From positions 3,286,001 to 3,350,000 of the forward strand of contig OZ251225.1 in NCBI GenBank assembly GCA_965240325.2: DNA of 64,000 nucleotides, in the 5' to 3' direction. Of this stretch, positions 1-12,973 are shown piece after piece. The notes under the pieces are model-generated. The model saw nothing but the letters and a program-made list of their open reading frames with translations, searched no databases and was not told the DNA's origin. The number at the start of each line of letters is the position of its first letter. Positions within the stretch are counted from its first letter, which is position 1. This DNA comes from Rebecca billardiae RCC1528 (taxonomy: Eukaryota; Protista; Haptophyta). Both the position numbers and the translations under genes were made by a program.

Positions 1-1
1 G

Positions 2-70
2 TCCACGCTTGTGGACCGGCTGGAGGCCGAGTTCACCGCCGCTCAGACACAGCTGAGGTCCAAGCTATGA
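2..70 (+). CDS. 3' end of a gene entering from the left (STLVDRLEAEFTAAQTQLRSKL*)
   Basis: Open frame with GC3-rich codons ending TGA at 68-70, followed by AT-rich 3' sequence and a (TA)-rich tract. Confidence 0.4.
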   Translation, partial: STLVDRLEAEFTAAQTQLRSKL

Positions 71-365
71 AGTATGAGTCACTGGCGTCACTGCTTTAGT
101 GCTTAGCTCATCGAAAGAACAATTATATATATATGTGTATATATATGTATGTATATATATATATACATATATATACTGAGTCACTGACGGTCTGAGTGAG
201 ACTGTCTGTGAGTGACGGGACATCGGAGTATCCGCATGGATCGCGACCGTACTGGCACGCGGACTCGGTCAGCACGGACTGCTCGGGTTGATGACTCGTC
301 GGTCATTCCGAAGATCATCCAGCCATCGCATGCTGGATGATGACGAATGACGATCTGAGCCAGAT

Positions 366-3312
366 TCAAGCGACCGAGGCGGAGGCACTCGCGGTTGCGG
401 TCGTCGAGGTTGCGGGCGTCTCGGCCGCTGACGAGCCGGTGGCAGTCGCCCCGCCTCTGCCCGGCGCTGACGTGGCTCGTCGGACTGACGATGAACCCGA
501 CGTTTCCTGCACCGCCGGCGGGTCGATTGGCTTCTCTGCGAGCGCAGCTGCACGCTGCGTCAGCGTGAGGACGGCCGAGGGCTGGTACCACTGCTGACTC
601 AGCGACGGGCTGCGCGCGCGCGCCTTTGTGCCCGAGCCGCGCCTGTCGTGCGGGATTGACTGCGGCTGCTTTGGGTCGAGCGGCATCATCCTCTGGTGGA
701 TCACCTCGAGGATGCGCTCCTCGACCGTTGGGTGGCGGGCGATGACCTCGCGCATGTCCTGGATCGTGAGCCTGAGCAGCAGCGCGAACGAGATGGTCTC
801 GATGGTCGCGCTGCGCACGCGCGCCGACTCGACGCCGACTACGGCCATCTCGCCGAAGAAGTGGCCCGCGTACAGCGTCGCCACGCGCCCCTGCCGCCGC
901 GGGCGCCGCGGGCGTCGCACGCGCGCGCCGTGTGAGCACGACACGCACGCCTGGGCGCGCGCGCACGCCAGCGCGCGCACGCCGGGCGCGCGACGGCGCT
1001 CGAGCGCGCACCCGGTCGCGCTTGGCCACGCGCACGGAGCCCTGCTTGATGACGTACATCGCGTCGCCGTCGTCGCCCTCGGCGAACACAAGCTCGTTGG
1101 GCGCGTACAGCAGCGGCTTGATGCGCCACAGCACGTCGACGACGGCGGCCTCGGGCACGTCGCGGAAGAAGGGCACCTTGACGATCAGCTCGCCGTGCGC
1201 GGCGAGCAGCGCCTGCGCCTGCAGCTTGGGCGAGACGCCCTCGAGCACCTTGGACTCGTCGAACATCAGGTTGGACTGGCCGTAGAAGCGGAACCACTCA
1301 CGCAGCGCCTGCCGCGTGCCGAGCGGCAGGTTGTTGCGCTCCATGTAGCTGTTGAGCTCGTCGATGCGCTCGATCATGCGCAGCTGCGCCTTGTTCTTGT
1401 CCGTGACCGCCTTGATCGTGTTGGTGATCCCAAACGTGAAGGTGAACGCGCCGATGCCCATCACGAAGATCGCAAAGCCGCGCTCAAGCGTGTTGGACGG
1501 GTAGATGCCGCCCGTGCCCGTGCCGGGCGACATCTGGCTGAACGCCCAGAAGAGCGAGGCGACGTACTGGTCGAGCGCGTCGGCGTCGGCGAGGTCGGAG
1601 TTCACCAGCCAGCTCGAGCCGTAGTGCTCGATCCTGCCGAGCGTGTAGTCGCCGCACAGGAACCACGCGGCGGCAAACCAGTGCGCCACGACGAGCGTGG
1701 CGAATGCGAACTTGACGACCACGCGCGTCGAGCGCGGCACGAGCAGCATCACGCCCGAGCGCATGAAGACGTGGAGCAGGCCGGGCAGCCGCAGCAGGCG
1801 GACGAGCGTGAGCCAGTGCCGCCGCATCCACGCCGGCTGAAGCAGGTCCCACGGGATCGCCGAGACCAACGCCACCGGGAACTCGGTGCGCGCGTACTGG
1901 CGCGCAATCTCGACCGGCTCCATCGAGACGCGACCGGTCGGAGTGATCACGCCTGTGCGGAAGCCGAGCACGACGTCGAGGAGGAAGAAGGCGTCGTTGA
2001 TCCGGTCCCACGCGAAGACGGCGGGGTCGGCGCCGTGGTGCACGTCGAGGAACGCGATGCGGAACGGCGTGTAGAAGAGCGCGAGCACGAGCAGCGTGAT
2101 GAGCAGCATATCCCACAGCAGCCGCACCTGCGAGAACGGGTGGAGCACGATCGCCTCCTGCCGCGCGCGCTTGCCGCCGGACTCGTCGGACTCGCCCTCC
2201 CGCTCGAGCTGCTCGTCCGCGACGAAGCCCACCGTCTCGCGCTGCGCGAGCACCGCCATCACAGCCTGCGTCGCGAGCGTCGGCTTGCGCAGCTGATCGT
2301 AGCTCATCGAGGCGGGGACAGGGCTGTTGGGCGTGTTGGTCGACCAGCGCGGCCGCGCGCGCCGCGAGCGGATCAGGCCGGTGAGCGGGCGCTCGTTCTG
2401 CCGCGGCAGGTCGTCCGAGCCGGACGCCGAGACGCGCGCACGCCGGCCGGCCTTGGGCGAGAAGAGCGAAGCGCGCTGCGGGCCGAAGAGTGCGGACGCG
2501 TCGCTCGAGGCGCGCCGGCGCATCAGGACGTCTGGGGCGTGCTGCTGCGTGCTGCCGTCCGACGCGAGCGGCTCCGCTTGGCCGCCGGCGCCGTGGCGCG
2601 GCCGCATCACGGGCATGCCGATGGGCGGCAGCGTCTGCCGCGGTGCCAGCCGCTGCGGGCTCTGCGTAGATCCGCTTGCCCCTCCTGCGGAGTTGGCCGC
2701 AAGCATCGGCGCGTCCGCGCTGACTGCCGCTCTCCTCGGGCCCGCCACCGGGAGCTGCGCGAACGAGTTCGCCGGTACCAGCAGGCCTGACGCAGGCCGC
2801 GGCTCATCCCCGGGCGTCGGCGGCGGCGACGACCCCTCCGACCCACGCTCGCTGCCCGAGATGAGCGAGAGCACAGACGGGCGCCCCGGCTCGCCGGCCG
2901 TGAGCCGCTCGTCGGGAAGCGAGGACTGGCGCGCTTTTTGCTCGTTGGAGTGCGTCGACGGGTGATCGTCGCCACCAGACGACTTTGAGGTGCAGTGGCT
3001 CGTCGGCGGCGGCAAGGGGCGGCTCCCATCAAAGTCAACTGCGGCGTGCGCCGGCACGCTCAGCGCATCGTGCAGCACCTTGTTCACGGAGATAGCAAAG
3101 GAGTTTTGGCTCGGCTGCTTCGAGAGCGGCTCCTTGGGACCCTCACCATGCTGTGTCTCCGACAGCTCGACGAGACTGCGCGACCTGCCGTGTGCGTCAC
3201 CGCCGTCGTGGTGAGGGGTGACGGTTCTCATGACGGCGCCGAGGGGGGGAAGGTACGGTATACCCGCCGCCGGCCCGCCGCCCTTTCCGTCGTCGAACAG
3301 GTCGCGTACCAT
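366..3312 (-). CDS. Cyclic-nucleotide-binding-domain cation channel (CNG/HCN/KCNH-like); exons 3312-1012 and 890-366
   Basis: S1-S6 helices (LLWDMLLITLL..., YVASLFWAF pore helix), C-linker (ELNSYMERNNLP), CNBD (VPFF...EGDDGDAMYVIKQGSV). Removing GT-AG intron 1011-891 joins KRDR to GRVATLYAGHFFGEMA...RSATI. The 3' end may contain a further intron. Confidence 0.85.
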
Positions 3313-3811
3313 ATAATAATGAGATTCGATCTCGCCGAGCGTGAATGCGTGATGTCATCCTTGGTCATCCAATCAACCGCTGGTGAATGAAGCGATTCAG
3401 TTCTTCAGCGAACCTTCCCTTGCCGATGGCGACCGGCAACTAGGGCTAGGCCAGGGGCTGTGATGCAGGTGCGCTGCGCGCATGCCTATCTATCCAACGT
3501 CGCCCACCGTTCACAGTGGCGCGGAATGGGCCCCACGGCTGCGGTTGCTGAGGTCCGAGCAGCCCGCGGGCGAGCGGATCCGCAGCGGGCAAGGTTGACA
3601 GTTCCACCGCCCGTGGCGCCGGAACTACAAACTCGCCGCCTGCGTGCAGGCGAGCCCTCCTCATCGGCCCATCCGTCTAGCTCGTAGATTCCACAGCGCG
3701 ACTACGCGAGTCAGATGAGCGCTCACTATTCAGTACGCTCTGAGGCGCGTACAGTACGCATAACTCGGCGAACATCGTGGCCCACGACCGAGTCCGAGTA
3801 TAGTCTAGTTA

Positions 3812-5189
3812 ACGTCTTAACCCTAAACCCCTATTGTGGAACGATTTTCGGGTTTTCCGCCCCTAGGGCGAGGTAGTGCGGCTCGGCGAGCGATCTTAAG
3901 GTGTCAGGTACTGGCCATGGGTCCTACCGAAGGGACCATACACCGCTGAGGGTGCGGAGCTCGGAACTAGCCCGCGCGCGCGCGCGCGCGCGCGCGCGCC
4001 CGCGAGGTGCGTCGACGGGTCGACTGACCCCTATTGTGGAACGATTTTGGTTCCTCGCTCAGGACGGTGCCACTGCTGGCTCCTGAGCGTTCGCAGTCGG
4101 CCCACTGGCGCTCGCCGGCGTGCTGGTGGTGTGGGCACCCGCCCTCGACCCCGCAGCCGCCGGGGGGCACGTCTTGCCCGCGCGAACCCTCTCCACGATG
4201 AGTGATGCGGTCGACGAGCGTGTCCGTCATCGACGCTCGCTCGCCTTCGCGTGGCGCCTGAGCCGCCGCCGACACCACCGCTTCCAGGGCATGCTGGAGA
4301 GCGTCGAGAAGGGCGCGCCGCTACGCAGGAAGAGAAGCGCCGCATCGATGCAGACCTGCCGCGTGGTCGGCGCGAAGCCGAGTAGCGCTATCTCCGCGAC
4401 CCAGTTGGTGTGCATCTGCTCGACCGTCACAGCCGCTCAGCCGCGGCTTCAGCCCCAGCGGCCTCGACGGGCTGGTCGGGTCCTTCACCATCCGACAGAG
4501 CGTGGCCCGTTGTCACGGCATATGAGCCGAAGTCGGCGACAGCTGTGCCCTCACGCCAGCTCCCCGCTCTACACACAGTCCCTGATGGCTGCATCCGGCG
4601 GGTCGTAGTCCACTCGCGCCCAGCCGCTTCGCGCGGCGCGGCTCTCGCGCGGTCGGCAGGCGATGCAGCTGCTTTGCGGGGTTGGGCGTCGCCTGACGGT
4701 CCGGCACCTTCGGCTACGCGTTCATCATCGCCACCAGTCAGCTCGCGCCGCCGCACCGCCCCCCGCCGCGGCGGGGCGTCCTCGACCCTCCAACCCAGGA
4801 ATCAGCCATGCTGACCTGACCCAATTCGTGTCACTCGCGCTCCATCCACGAGTGCGGCAGCGGCAAGCCGGCTTGATTCCCTGCCCGGGCTGCTTTCGGG
4901 GAGCTCCCAAAAATACCGTGCGCGCCCTCCCGGCCGAAGCTTCGGCCTACAGGAGCCGAAAACCATTTTTTCACACCAGATTCTCAGCTCTGACTCCAGC
5001 AAACGATCGGCAGCGGACGGCGCTGGGGTGGGGCTATGGCGACGTTCTTGGGCTCGTTGGACGCGCCTTGGCCAGGCGCACACGGCGGTAGCCGCCGATC
5101 TCATCGCCTCCGCGACATCCGAGCTCTACATAGGAAAAACTGGCGCCGTTCCACAATAGGGGTCCGTTCCACAATAGGGGTTAAGACGC
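3812..5189. mobile_element. Non-autonomous or degenerate TIR DNA transposon (~1.38 kb)
   Basis: Inverted ends CGTCTTAACCC...GGGTTAAGACG; motif CCCCTATTGTGGAACG at ~3828 and ~4028 and inverted twice at ~5147-5180; internal peptide DAALLFLRSGAPFSTLSSMPWKRW resembles a transposase N-terminal segment. Confidence 0.65.
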
Positions 5190-5626
5190 TAGGCTCAGTG
5201 AGTCAGTTTACAGGAAACTACTCTGAGACGCTGCGCCCGTCTGTGCCCGTGCGACTCGGGAATGGCGTTTCATTAGGCCGCCATCAGTTTGTGTTTGAGT
5301 TAGACATAGCCTGCTGCATCACTGTGACTGTGCATGACAGTGGGCAGCTGATTAAGTCGGATTATACTGATCAAATTCTCAGATCTTGCTGCATTCATCC
5401 GTTGGCGTTGCTGTCCGCATCAGTGCCAGCGGAGTCCGTCGGACGGGCGGACGAGACTCACCGGACCGACTGACACGGTCTACTATCAGGTGATGCTGAC
5501 TCCCACAAACATTTTGACTGGAGGGTGTCTGAGCTGTGTATACACAGCTTATTCATAATCAACTGCTGTAGTACACCGGCATACTGGCCAAGGCTGCCCA
5601 GGCTGACTGACACGGTCTCGTCGGAG

Positions 5627-5980
5627 CTACGATGACAGTCTCGTCGGCCGCGCTCCGGGCTCATGCAACCTCAACGCGTCGTTGGGGCTAGCCGGGTAGA
5701 GCTGCACCGGCACTGTGATGTACGTGATAGCCTCCTCGTCCTCTGCGACGGCAACGACGACTGCCTCGCCGGTGAGATCAGCGGCGCGCGCAGACCACGC
5801 CTGCGCATGCAGCATGTCGATATCGTCGCCGGCGGCGAGCGCCACCACGAAGCGCCGCGCACCATCCTCCTCCGAGCGAACAACGAAGCCCTCGACCCCG
5901 CCCACGAGTGTGCGCGATTCAAGCGCCCATCCTCTGCACGCCAGGTCGGCTTCGACGAGCGCCCGCACAGCCGACGCCAT
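5627..5980 (-). CDS. Small protein resembling tRNA-splicing endonuclease subunit Sen15 (117 aa)
   Basis: ATG at 5980 (MASAVRALVEADL...); C-terminal VVVAVAEDEEAITYITV resembles the Sen15 LAIVxxDxxIxYY motif; divergent from PA200. Confidence 0.5.
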   Translation of the reverse strand: MASAVRALVEADLACRGWALESRTLVGGVEGFVVRSEEDGARRFVVALAAGDDIDMLHAQAWSARAADLTGEAVVVAVAEDEEAITYITVPVQLYPASPNDALRLHEPGARPTRLSS

Positions 5981-6187
5981 CGTGCGATAGCTCTGACGGG
6001 TGCGAGCGCGGTCTTCGGTCTCGCGTGAGCTCTCGGCGAGGACCCTCGGCGTCGTCCGGAAGCGTCGGAGGCGGCAGGCGCGGGCGCGCGGGAATTGCGA
6101 CCAGGCTTTCCGCGCCACGTTTTCGCCCCGCTCGCTCGGCCTTCGCGCCCGGAGGAGTCCGCGCCCACCCGAAGACCGCTGGGCAAG

Positions 6188-8942
6188 ATGTCGACCCGCT
6201 CGCGCTGGCTCCTCGCCGAGCTCCCCGCCGGCGAGGGCGACGACGCTGCCGTCCTCGTGCCGGCGATCATCGACGGCCTGCGCGCCGCGGCCGATGCGCC
6301 GGACGCGCTCGCGGAGGGGCGGCCCTTTGTCTCTGCGCTCAAGCACGCACTCGAGCGCAAGCTCTCGTTCGACGACGCGACGTGGCGCGAGCTGGTCCGC
6401 CTGCTCTACGCCTTCTCCACCCGCCCGCTCGCCGCGGACGCGCCCCTCGCCGATCAAACGCGGTACATCCGCGTGTGCGCTCGTCTGGCGAGCAAGCGCG
6501 GCGGCGGCGCGGCGGCGGAGCTCGAGCTGCCGTGGCGCCCGCTGCTCGACGCGATGTCGCGGTGGCACTTCTCCGCGCGCGAGCGCCCCATGCCCGACCA
6601 CATCCTCTCCTCGAGCACGCTGCGCAAGCACGCGAGCGCGCTCGGCACGCTCGCCATCGCGTGCCGCGAGTTCTTCTCGAGCGCCGCCGCGCAGGAGGTG
6701 CTCGCCGCGACGCGGCCGCTGCTGTACCCGCACGGCCAGGCGTTCGGCTTCGGGTCGTACGCGCTCGCGCTACTCATGCCCACCAACGAGCGCCTCCGCG
6801 GCTCCGCCGCGGCCTGCGTCGACGCGGTCGTCGGCGTGGCCGCGCACACGGACGTGTCGTCCGAGCTGCTGCGCAACTGCGCCGACACACTCGCGCGCGT
6901 GGCGAAGCGCGCGTTCGTGGGCGAGCTCGAGGCGGTGGAGTGGGGTGCGCACGTGCCCATGCTGTACACGCGCACGCTCGCCGCGCTCGGCGTGGCGAGC
7001 GTCCTCGACGAGTCCGCGATGAGCGTGCTCGCCGCGCACTCGCGGCTGGTGCCTTCCGAGGCGGGGGTTCTGTCGCACGCCTTCCCGATGCTCACGCTCA
7101 CCAAGCGGCTGGCGCGGCTGCTCGTGCTCACGCTCGACGGGCGCGAGCCGGCGGCGTCGGCGCTGGCGCGGCTGCTCCAGCTCGTCCGCGCCGTCGAGAC
7201 CTTCTGCCACCCGTCCAACGACGGCTGGTGGGTCGTGCGCCTCGGCCACTTTGTCGCGTGCCTCGGCAAGGCGATGGAGTGGCGGCTGGCGGACGAGGCG
7301 CGCGCGCCGGCCGGCCGCGCGTACGCGCCGCTGTCGCGCGAGCACGTGCAGCTGTTCGTCGACGCGATCCTGCCGCTCGCGCTGCACGGCGTGCACTCGC
7401 GCCACTCGATGATGCGCGCGTTCAGCCGCAAGGCGCTCCACTCGCTGCGCCTCATCCGCCCGCACGCCGTCACAGACGCTCTCGCTGAGCACGCGCTCGA
7501 GGCGCTCACGACCGAGACGGCCACACACCAGACGGAGACGATGCTGCACGTGCTCGTGCGCCTCGCGCCCGAGCTCGTGTGCGCGCGCGCGCCGGGCTGG
7601 GCCATCCCGCTCCAGGCCCCGCCGCCCGCCCGCCCCTCGGACGCCGCCGCCCCGTGGGAGTTCCCGGACCTGCGGACGAGCGCGCTGCTGGAGCTGCTGC
7701 TGCCTGCGATCGGCGCGTCGACGGGCGGCAAGGCCAAGGCGGCGTCGACGGTGGTGCAGGCGGTGCTGATGTGCGTGCCGCTCGCCGGCATGGACTGGCG
7801 GCCGCCCGCCGACGCGCCCGCGCCCGCGCGCGCGCTCACCGACCTCGCGCACGTCCCGCCCCTCGAGCCCGACGCGGAGTCTCGCGCGCGCGCGCTCGCT
7901 GAGAGCCTGCCAGACTGGGCGATGGCTTTGCTCGAGCGGCTGCTGCGTGGCGCGGAGGACGCGAGCGACGAGGGCGTGGCGACGGGGGGCGGCGCGGGCG
8001 GCTCGGAGCGCGCGATCCCGCTGCCCATCGCCGCCGCCTTCGAGCCCGACGAGCCGTGCGTCGCGCTCGCCATGCAGGCCCCCGAGCCCCTCCTGCGGCG
8101 CATGCTTGCGCGCGTGTGCGCGTTTGTGGACTCGGCTCTGCTGCCGCACGCCGGGCTCGTCGAGCTCAGCCGCGTGGTGTCCGCGCTGGCGCGCGCCGCG
8201 CCCGCCGCGGCGCTCGGCGCGTTCGTGCCCCTCGCCGCCGGCCGGCTGCTTCAGCCCGCGGCGCGCGCCGGCGCCGAGCCCGCGCTCGCGCCGCAGTCGC
8301 GCCGCTCGCTCGTGCACTGGCTGAGCGTGCTCGCGATGAGCGTCGTGGGCGTGGGCGCGGCGCTGCTGCCACACCTGCCGACGGTGCGCGCGGTGCTGCG
8401 GCTCACGCGCGGGCACGAGCACGCCGAGGTGGCGACGCTCTCGGCGCACGTGCTCCACGCCTCCCTCCACGCCCTCTGCCACACGTACCTCGCCGAGGAG
8501 CGCTCGCACGCCCCCGAGCTGTGGGCCCACCCCGAGTTCCGCGCGGCGCACTGGCGGCTGTGGGGGGCGGTGGCGAGCGTCGCGGACGCGGCCGTGGACC
8601 CCGCGGGCGCGGCGGCGGAGGCGTGCCTGCCGAGCACGCCGGTCGCGTCGTGCTGGCACGTGCCCTCCGCCGCCGAGGTCGAGGCCGCCGTCGCGCTCGC
8701 GGAGGAGGCGCTGGCGCACACCGAGTCGACTCTCGCGGCATGCGGCGCGCTGCCCGGCGAGGGCGGCGGCGCGGCCGCGGCCGCCGCGGCCGCGGTGAGC
8801 GCCGCGTCTGCCGACCAGCGCGCGCAGGGCGCGCTGCAGCAGGTGCAGGCGGTGATCGGCGGGATCGCCGCGATCGCCGCCGACCCGCCCTTCGCCGAGG
8901 CGGACGAGGCCATCGCGCGCGCGATGGATCTCGAGGTTGCGC

Positions 8943-8976
<34 letters not shown>

Positions 8977-10144
8977 TGGCGGCGACGACGACGCCGACGC
9001 TGACGCCGATCAGGACGCGGAGGAGGCGGAGGCGGACGTGCTCGACGGCGGCGCGCGCACGGGCGCGCAGTGGCGCGAGCTGCGCGCGCGCATGCCCCGC
9101 GCGCGCGCCACGCGGCTGCAGCACGACGGCGCCACCGCGGTGCGCGTGCGCGTGCGTGCGCTGCTGCTCAGCTGCGCCGATCATCTCGCGCCGCGGATGA
9201 CGTTCAGCGGCGCGGGCGTGGCCGACGCGCCGCCGCCGTCGGACGCGGCGTCGACGATGGTGCGCGCCGCGCTCACGCTCGCGCGCTGCCTCGGCGCCTT
9301 CCTCTGCGACCGCGGCGGCGCCGTCCTCGCCAAGCTCGACAAGTCGCAGAAGAACCTCCGGCAGCGGGGCGAGACGCGAGGCGTCGGCCGGCAGCGCGCC
9401 CGGTGCCGCTACATCGCGCTGCAGCGGCTGAAGGGGCTGCACGTGCGCCACCTGCTCGACGCGTCGTTCGAGCGCGCGGCGGGCGGCGGGCGCGAGCAGC
9501 AGCGCGCGCTGCGCGCCCTCCTCGCCCTCACCTGCCACGTCTCGCCCGAGGTGCGCTCGGCGGCCCTCAAGCACGCCGCGGACGCGAGCAAGCGGTGCGC
9601 GCGCTCCGCGGTCGCCGTGCACCTGCGCGAGTGCATCGACGCCGTGGGCGAGGTGGGCGCGGGCGGCGCGGCGGCGGGCGGGCCGAGCGCGCCCGCGCCC
9701 ACCGCGCCTGCCGCACCCGCCACCGACGCCGTCGGCGGCGGCGGCGCCGTGCCCAAGCATGAGACGGAGGGCGCCATCGGCGTGCTCGCCAACCGGCACT
9801 TTGCCCGCACGGTGGCGAGCAACTGGCGGCTGCTCGCTCCGCTGCTCCAGGCGCTCGTGTGCCCGCGCGAGCACGGCTCCGACGCCGTCCGCCTCCTCCT
9901 CCGCGACCTGGGCGCCGTGTACGCCCGAGCGTCGCTCATCGCGCCGCCGCCCGCGCGTGAGCACGCGCGCTTCTCGAGGCGGGGCGGCGCCGCGCACTTC
10001 GAGCAGGCGAAGGCGCAGCTCGTGCGCGGCGCGCTCGCGGCGCTCGGCGACGGCGCGCCCGCCGCGACGCGCGCGCACACGCAGCTCTTCGCCCTCGCCC
10101 TCCTCCTCGATCCGGTGGCGGACGGCGGGCCGGACGGAAGCGGC

Positions 10145-10183
<39 letters not shown>

Positions 10184-12695
10184 TCGACGGCTGCTGCGCT
10201 CGCGACGGGCGGCGGCGGCGGCGGCGCGGGCGGCGGCGGCGTGGGCGAGCAGCTGGAGGCGCTGCTCGTGCGCTCGCTCACCTCCGCCATCCGCTCGTGC
10301 CGCATCGGCGCGGCCGCGGCCCTCTGCCGGCTGCTCAGCCGCGACGCCGCCGCCGAGTCCGCGCCGCCCGCGCCGCCGCCGTCGGCGCGGCTCGAGTCCG
10401 CGCTGCCCGCGCGCGCCTTCCCCGCTGCCAAGAGCGCGCCCGCCCCCGCCGAGCTCGTGGACCCGCCGTGGGCGTGCTGGGCGTCGGCGGAGGCGGCGGA
10501 GCTGCCCGCGCCGCCGCCGCGCCGCGCGCGCCCCGCGCTGCGCGCGCCCGCCGCCACCGCCCTCGCCGCGCCCGACTTTCTCCCCGCCGTCCTCGCGTGG
10601 CACGCGGCCGACCGCCACGAGTCTGCCGAGGTGCCCTCCGGCGCGGACATGATGCTCGAGCGGCTCGGGCAGTCCGCGCTGGACGCGCTGACCGAGCAGC
10701 TCGCGCAGAGCCCGGCGGGGCTCGGCTGCTTCATCTCCGCCTCCGCCGCGCCCGCGCTCACGCCCGAGCTCTCCGCGGTCAACGTCGGCCTGTGGACCGC
10801 CCTCACGCGCGCGGCGGGCGGCGAGGCGTTTGCGACGCGCACGCTGCTGCCGGCGGCGCGCGCGACCGTCGCGCCGGCCGCGGCGGCGGGCGGCGGCGGC
10901 GGGCCGGCGGGCGGCGGCGCGGCGGCGGCGGCGCCGCCGCCCGACGGCGCGGCGCCCGCCGCCACCGCGCGGCGCGACACGCAGCTCGTCGCCATCGAGG
11001 TGTTCGTCGGGATTGCGCTCGGCAGCGCGCACTGGGCTGAGCGCTCGGCGGTGGAGGGCGTGCAGGCGGAGCTGAGCGCGCTGCTCGCGGACGCGCTGGG
11101 CGCGACGGCGGAGTGCGCGCCCGAGTGGGCGCGCGCGGCAGAGTTGCTCTCCTCCGACGTCCACCCGGCGCGCTGCGAGTGGATCGCGCGCCTCGCCCTC
11201 GCCCAGGCCGTGCGACTGAGCAGCGCGGGCGGCGCGGGCGGCGGGCCGGCCGGCGGCGCGGCCGGCGCGGGCAGCGGCGCCGGCTCATCCGTCGCCCTCG
11301 CCAGCTGGCTGCGCATCCTCGCCAAGCCGCTCGACGCGGGCTGGCGCGCGAGCGCGCTGCACACGCACGTGCTCTCATTGCCGCAGCTGCGCGCGTGGCT
11401 CACGCACCCGGCTAAGGCGGTGCGCGCGCGCGCGGCCGCGGTCGCGGCCACCGCCATCCGGTACGTCGCACCGGCGCCGCCCTCGGCCCTCACCGAGCAC
11501 GGCGCGCTCGTCGCCGCGGCGGACGAGGTGCTCGAGAGCGTCCTCGCCGCGGCCGAGGCGGCGGGCGCGGCGGGCGCGGCGGCGGGCGAGTCTGGCCCCG
11601 GCACCACGCCCGCGGTCGACGGCTCCGCCCCCGGCGGCGGCGGCGGCGGCAGCTCGAGCGACCAGCCTCACGACAGCGTGCTGCAACTTGTGCTGGCCGT
11701 GCCGGCGGCGAGTGCGTCGCTCCGGCCGGTACTGGCGCACGCGCCGCAGCTGCTCCGAGCGGCCGTGCGCGCCGCCACCACGTGCCGCGCGCCCGAGCTG
11801 CGCAACACCGCCAAGCTCTGCGCGCTCGCACTCGCACACCAGCCGCTGAGCGCGCCGCCGGACAGCCGCTGGCTCGACACCATCGACGCCATCGCCACGT
11901 CCGACCCCGAGTGGCGCGCGCGCGGCGCGATGGCGGCGCTGCTCGGGCCGTGGCTCTTCCGCATGCAGTTCGCCCTCTCCGACGCCGAGCTGCGCCGCAC
12001 GTTCGAGATCGTGCTCACGCTGCTCGTCGACCCGCAGCAGGAGGTCGGCGCTACGCTCCGCGCACGCGCGCGCGCGCACGCCCGCACGCGCCGAGGCGAC
12101 GCGTGCGCGCGCGTGCGCGCTGCGCTCACACCGCGCGCCGAGTGGCCCGCCCCCTCTTTGCGCGCGCGCAGGTGCGCGAGGCGTGCGTGCCGCTCGTGTC
12201 TGGCCTCGCGCGCCTCTCGGACGACGAGGGGCGGGCACGGCTGGAGGAGCGCATGCGCAAGCTCGCAGGTGCGCACGCGCGCCCCGCGCGCCGGCGCCCT
12301 GGCAAGTCGCAACGCCCCGGGAGGCGCGCACACGCGCGTCACACTCCGCGCTGCCCCCTCTCGGCGCGCGCGTGTGCGCAGACACGCCCCTGCCACGCTC
12401 CAAGCTCGCGGACGACCACGGCACGCGCGTCGCGCAGCGGCACGGCGGCATCCTCGGCCTGTCGGCGCTCGTGCGCGCCGCGCCGTACACCGTGCCGCCG
12501 TGGCTCCCATCGGTACTCGAGCGGCTGGCGCTCCACGCCAACGACCCGTACCCGCTCAACTCGGCGGTGAAGGCGACGGTGGCCGAGTTCAAGCGCACGC
12601 ACCAGGACAACTGGGAGGAGTGCCGGGCCGCCTTCTCCGAGGACCAGCTCAGCCACATCCTGGAGAGCACGTCGGCCCTCGCGCACTACGCCTGA
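6188..12695 (+). CDS. PSME4: Proteasome activator PA200/Blm10; introns 12044-12171 and 12269-12381
   Basis: Very large HEAT-like protein with VETFCHPSNDGWW and spliced C-terminus RHGGILGLSALVRAAPYTVPPWLP...FKRTHQDNW...AHYA (HbYX-type end). Confidence 0.88.
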
Positions 12696-12973
12696 GCGCA
12701 GCTGTGGGACTCGGATCGGAGCCGTGATGGCCTCCCGGCGGAACACCGCTCCGCGCGCTGAGTGAGCGGACTGAGTGAGCCGGCATCACTGCTGACGACG
12801 ACGACTCCTTCCTCGCGGCGCGAGGTTTCATAGACGACACCCTCGTAGTCCGTGTACGTCTGTGATAGCAGCAGCGTCAGACGTCGGCAGTCAGCAGCTA
12901 GACTGCGATTAGACGATCAAAAAGGGCGCGGCGGTTTTCAGATGATGCTATATATATATATACTACTGTATTT

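Noticed and set aside
3818-3830. TAACCCTAAACCC telomere-like motif
   Set aside because: Only two units, and part of a transposon end
6770-11164. 1464-aa antisense ORF and many other long overlapping ORFs
   Set aside because: Shadow frames of GC3-rich genes; Arg/Ala/Gly-rich with no motifs
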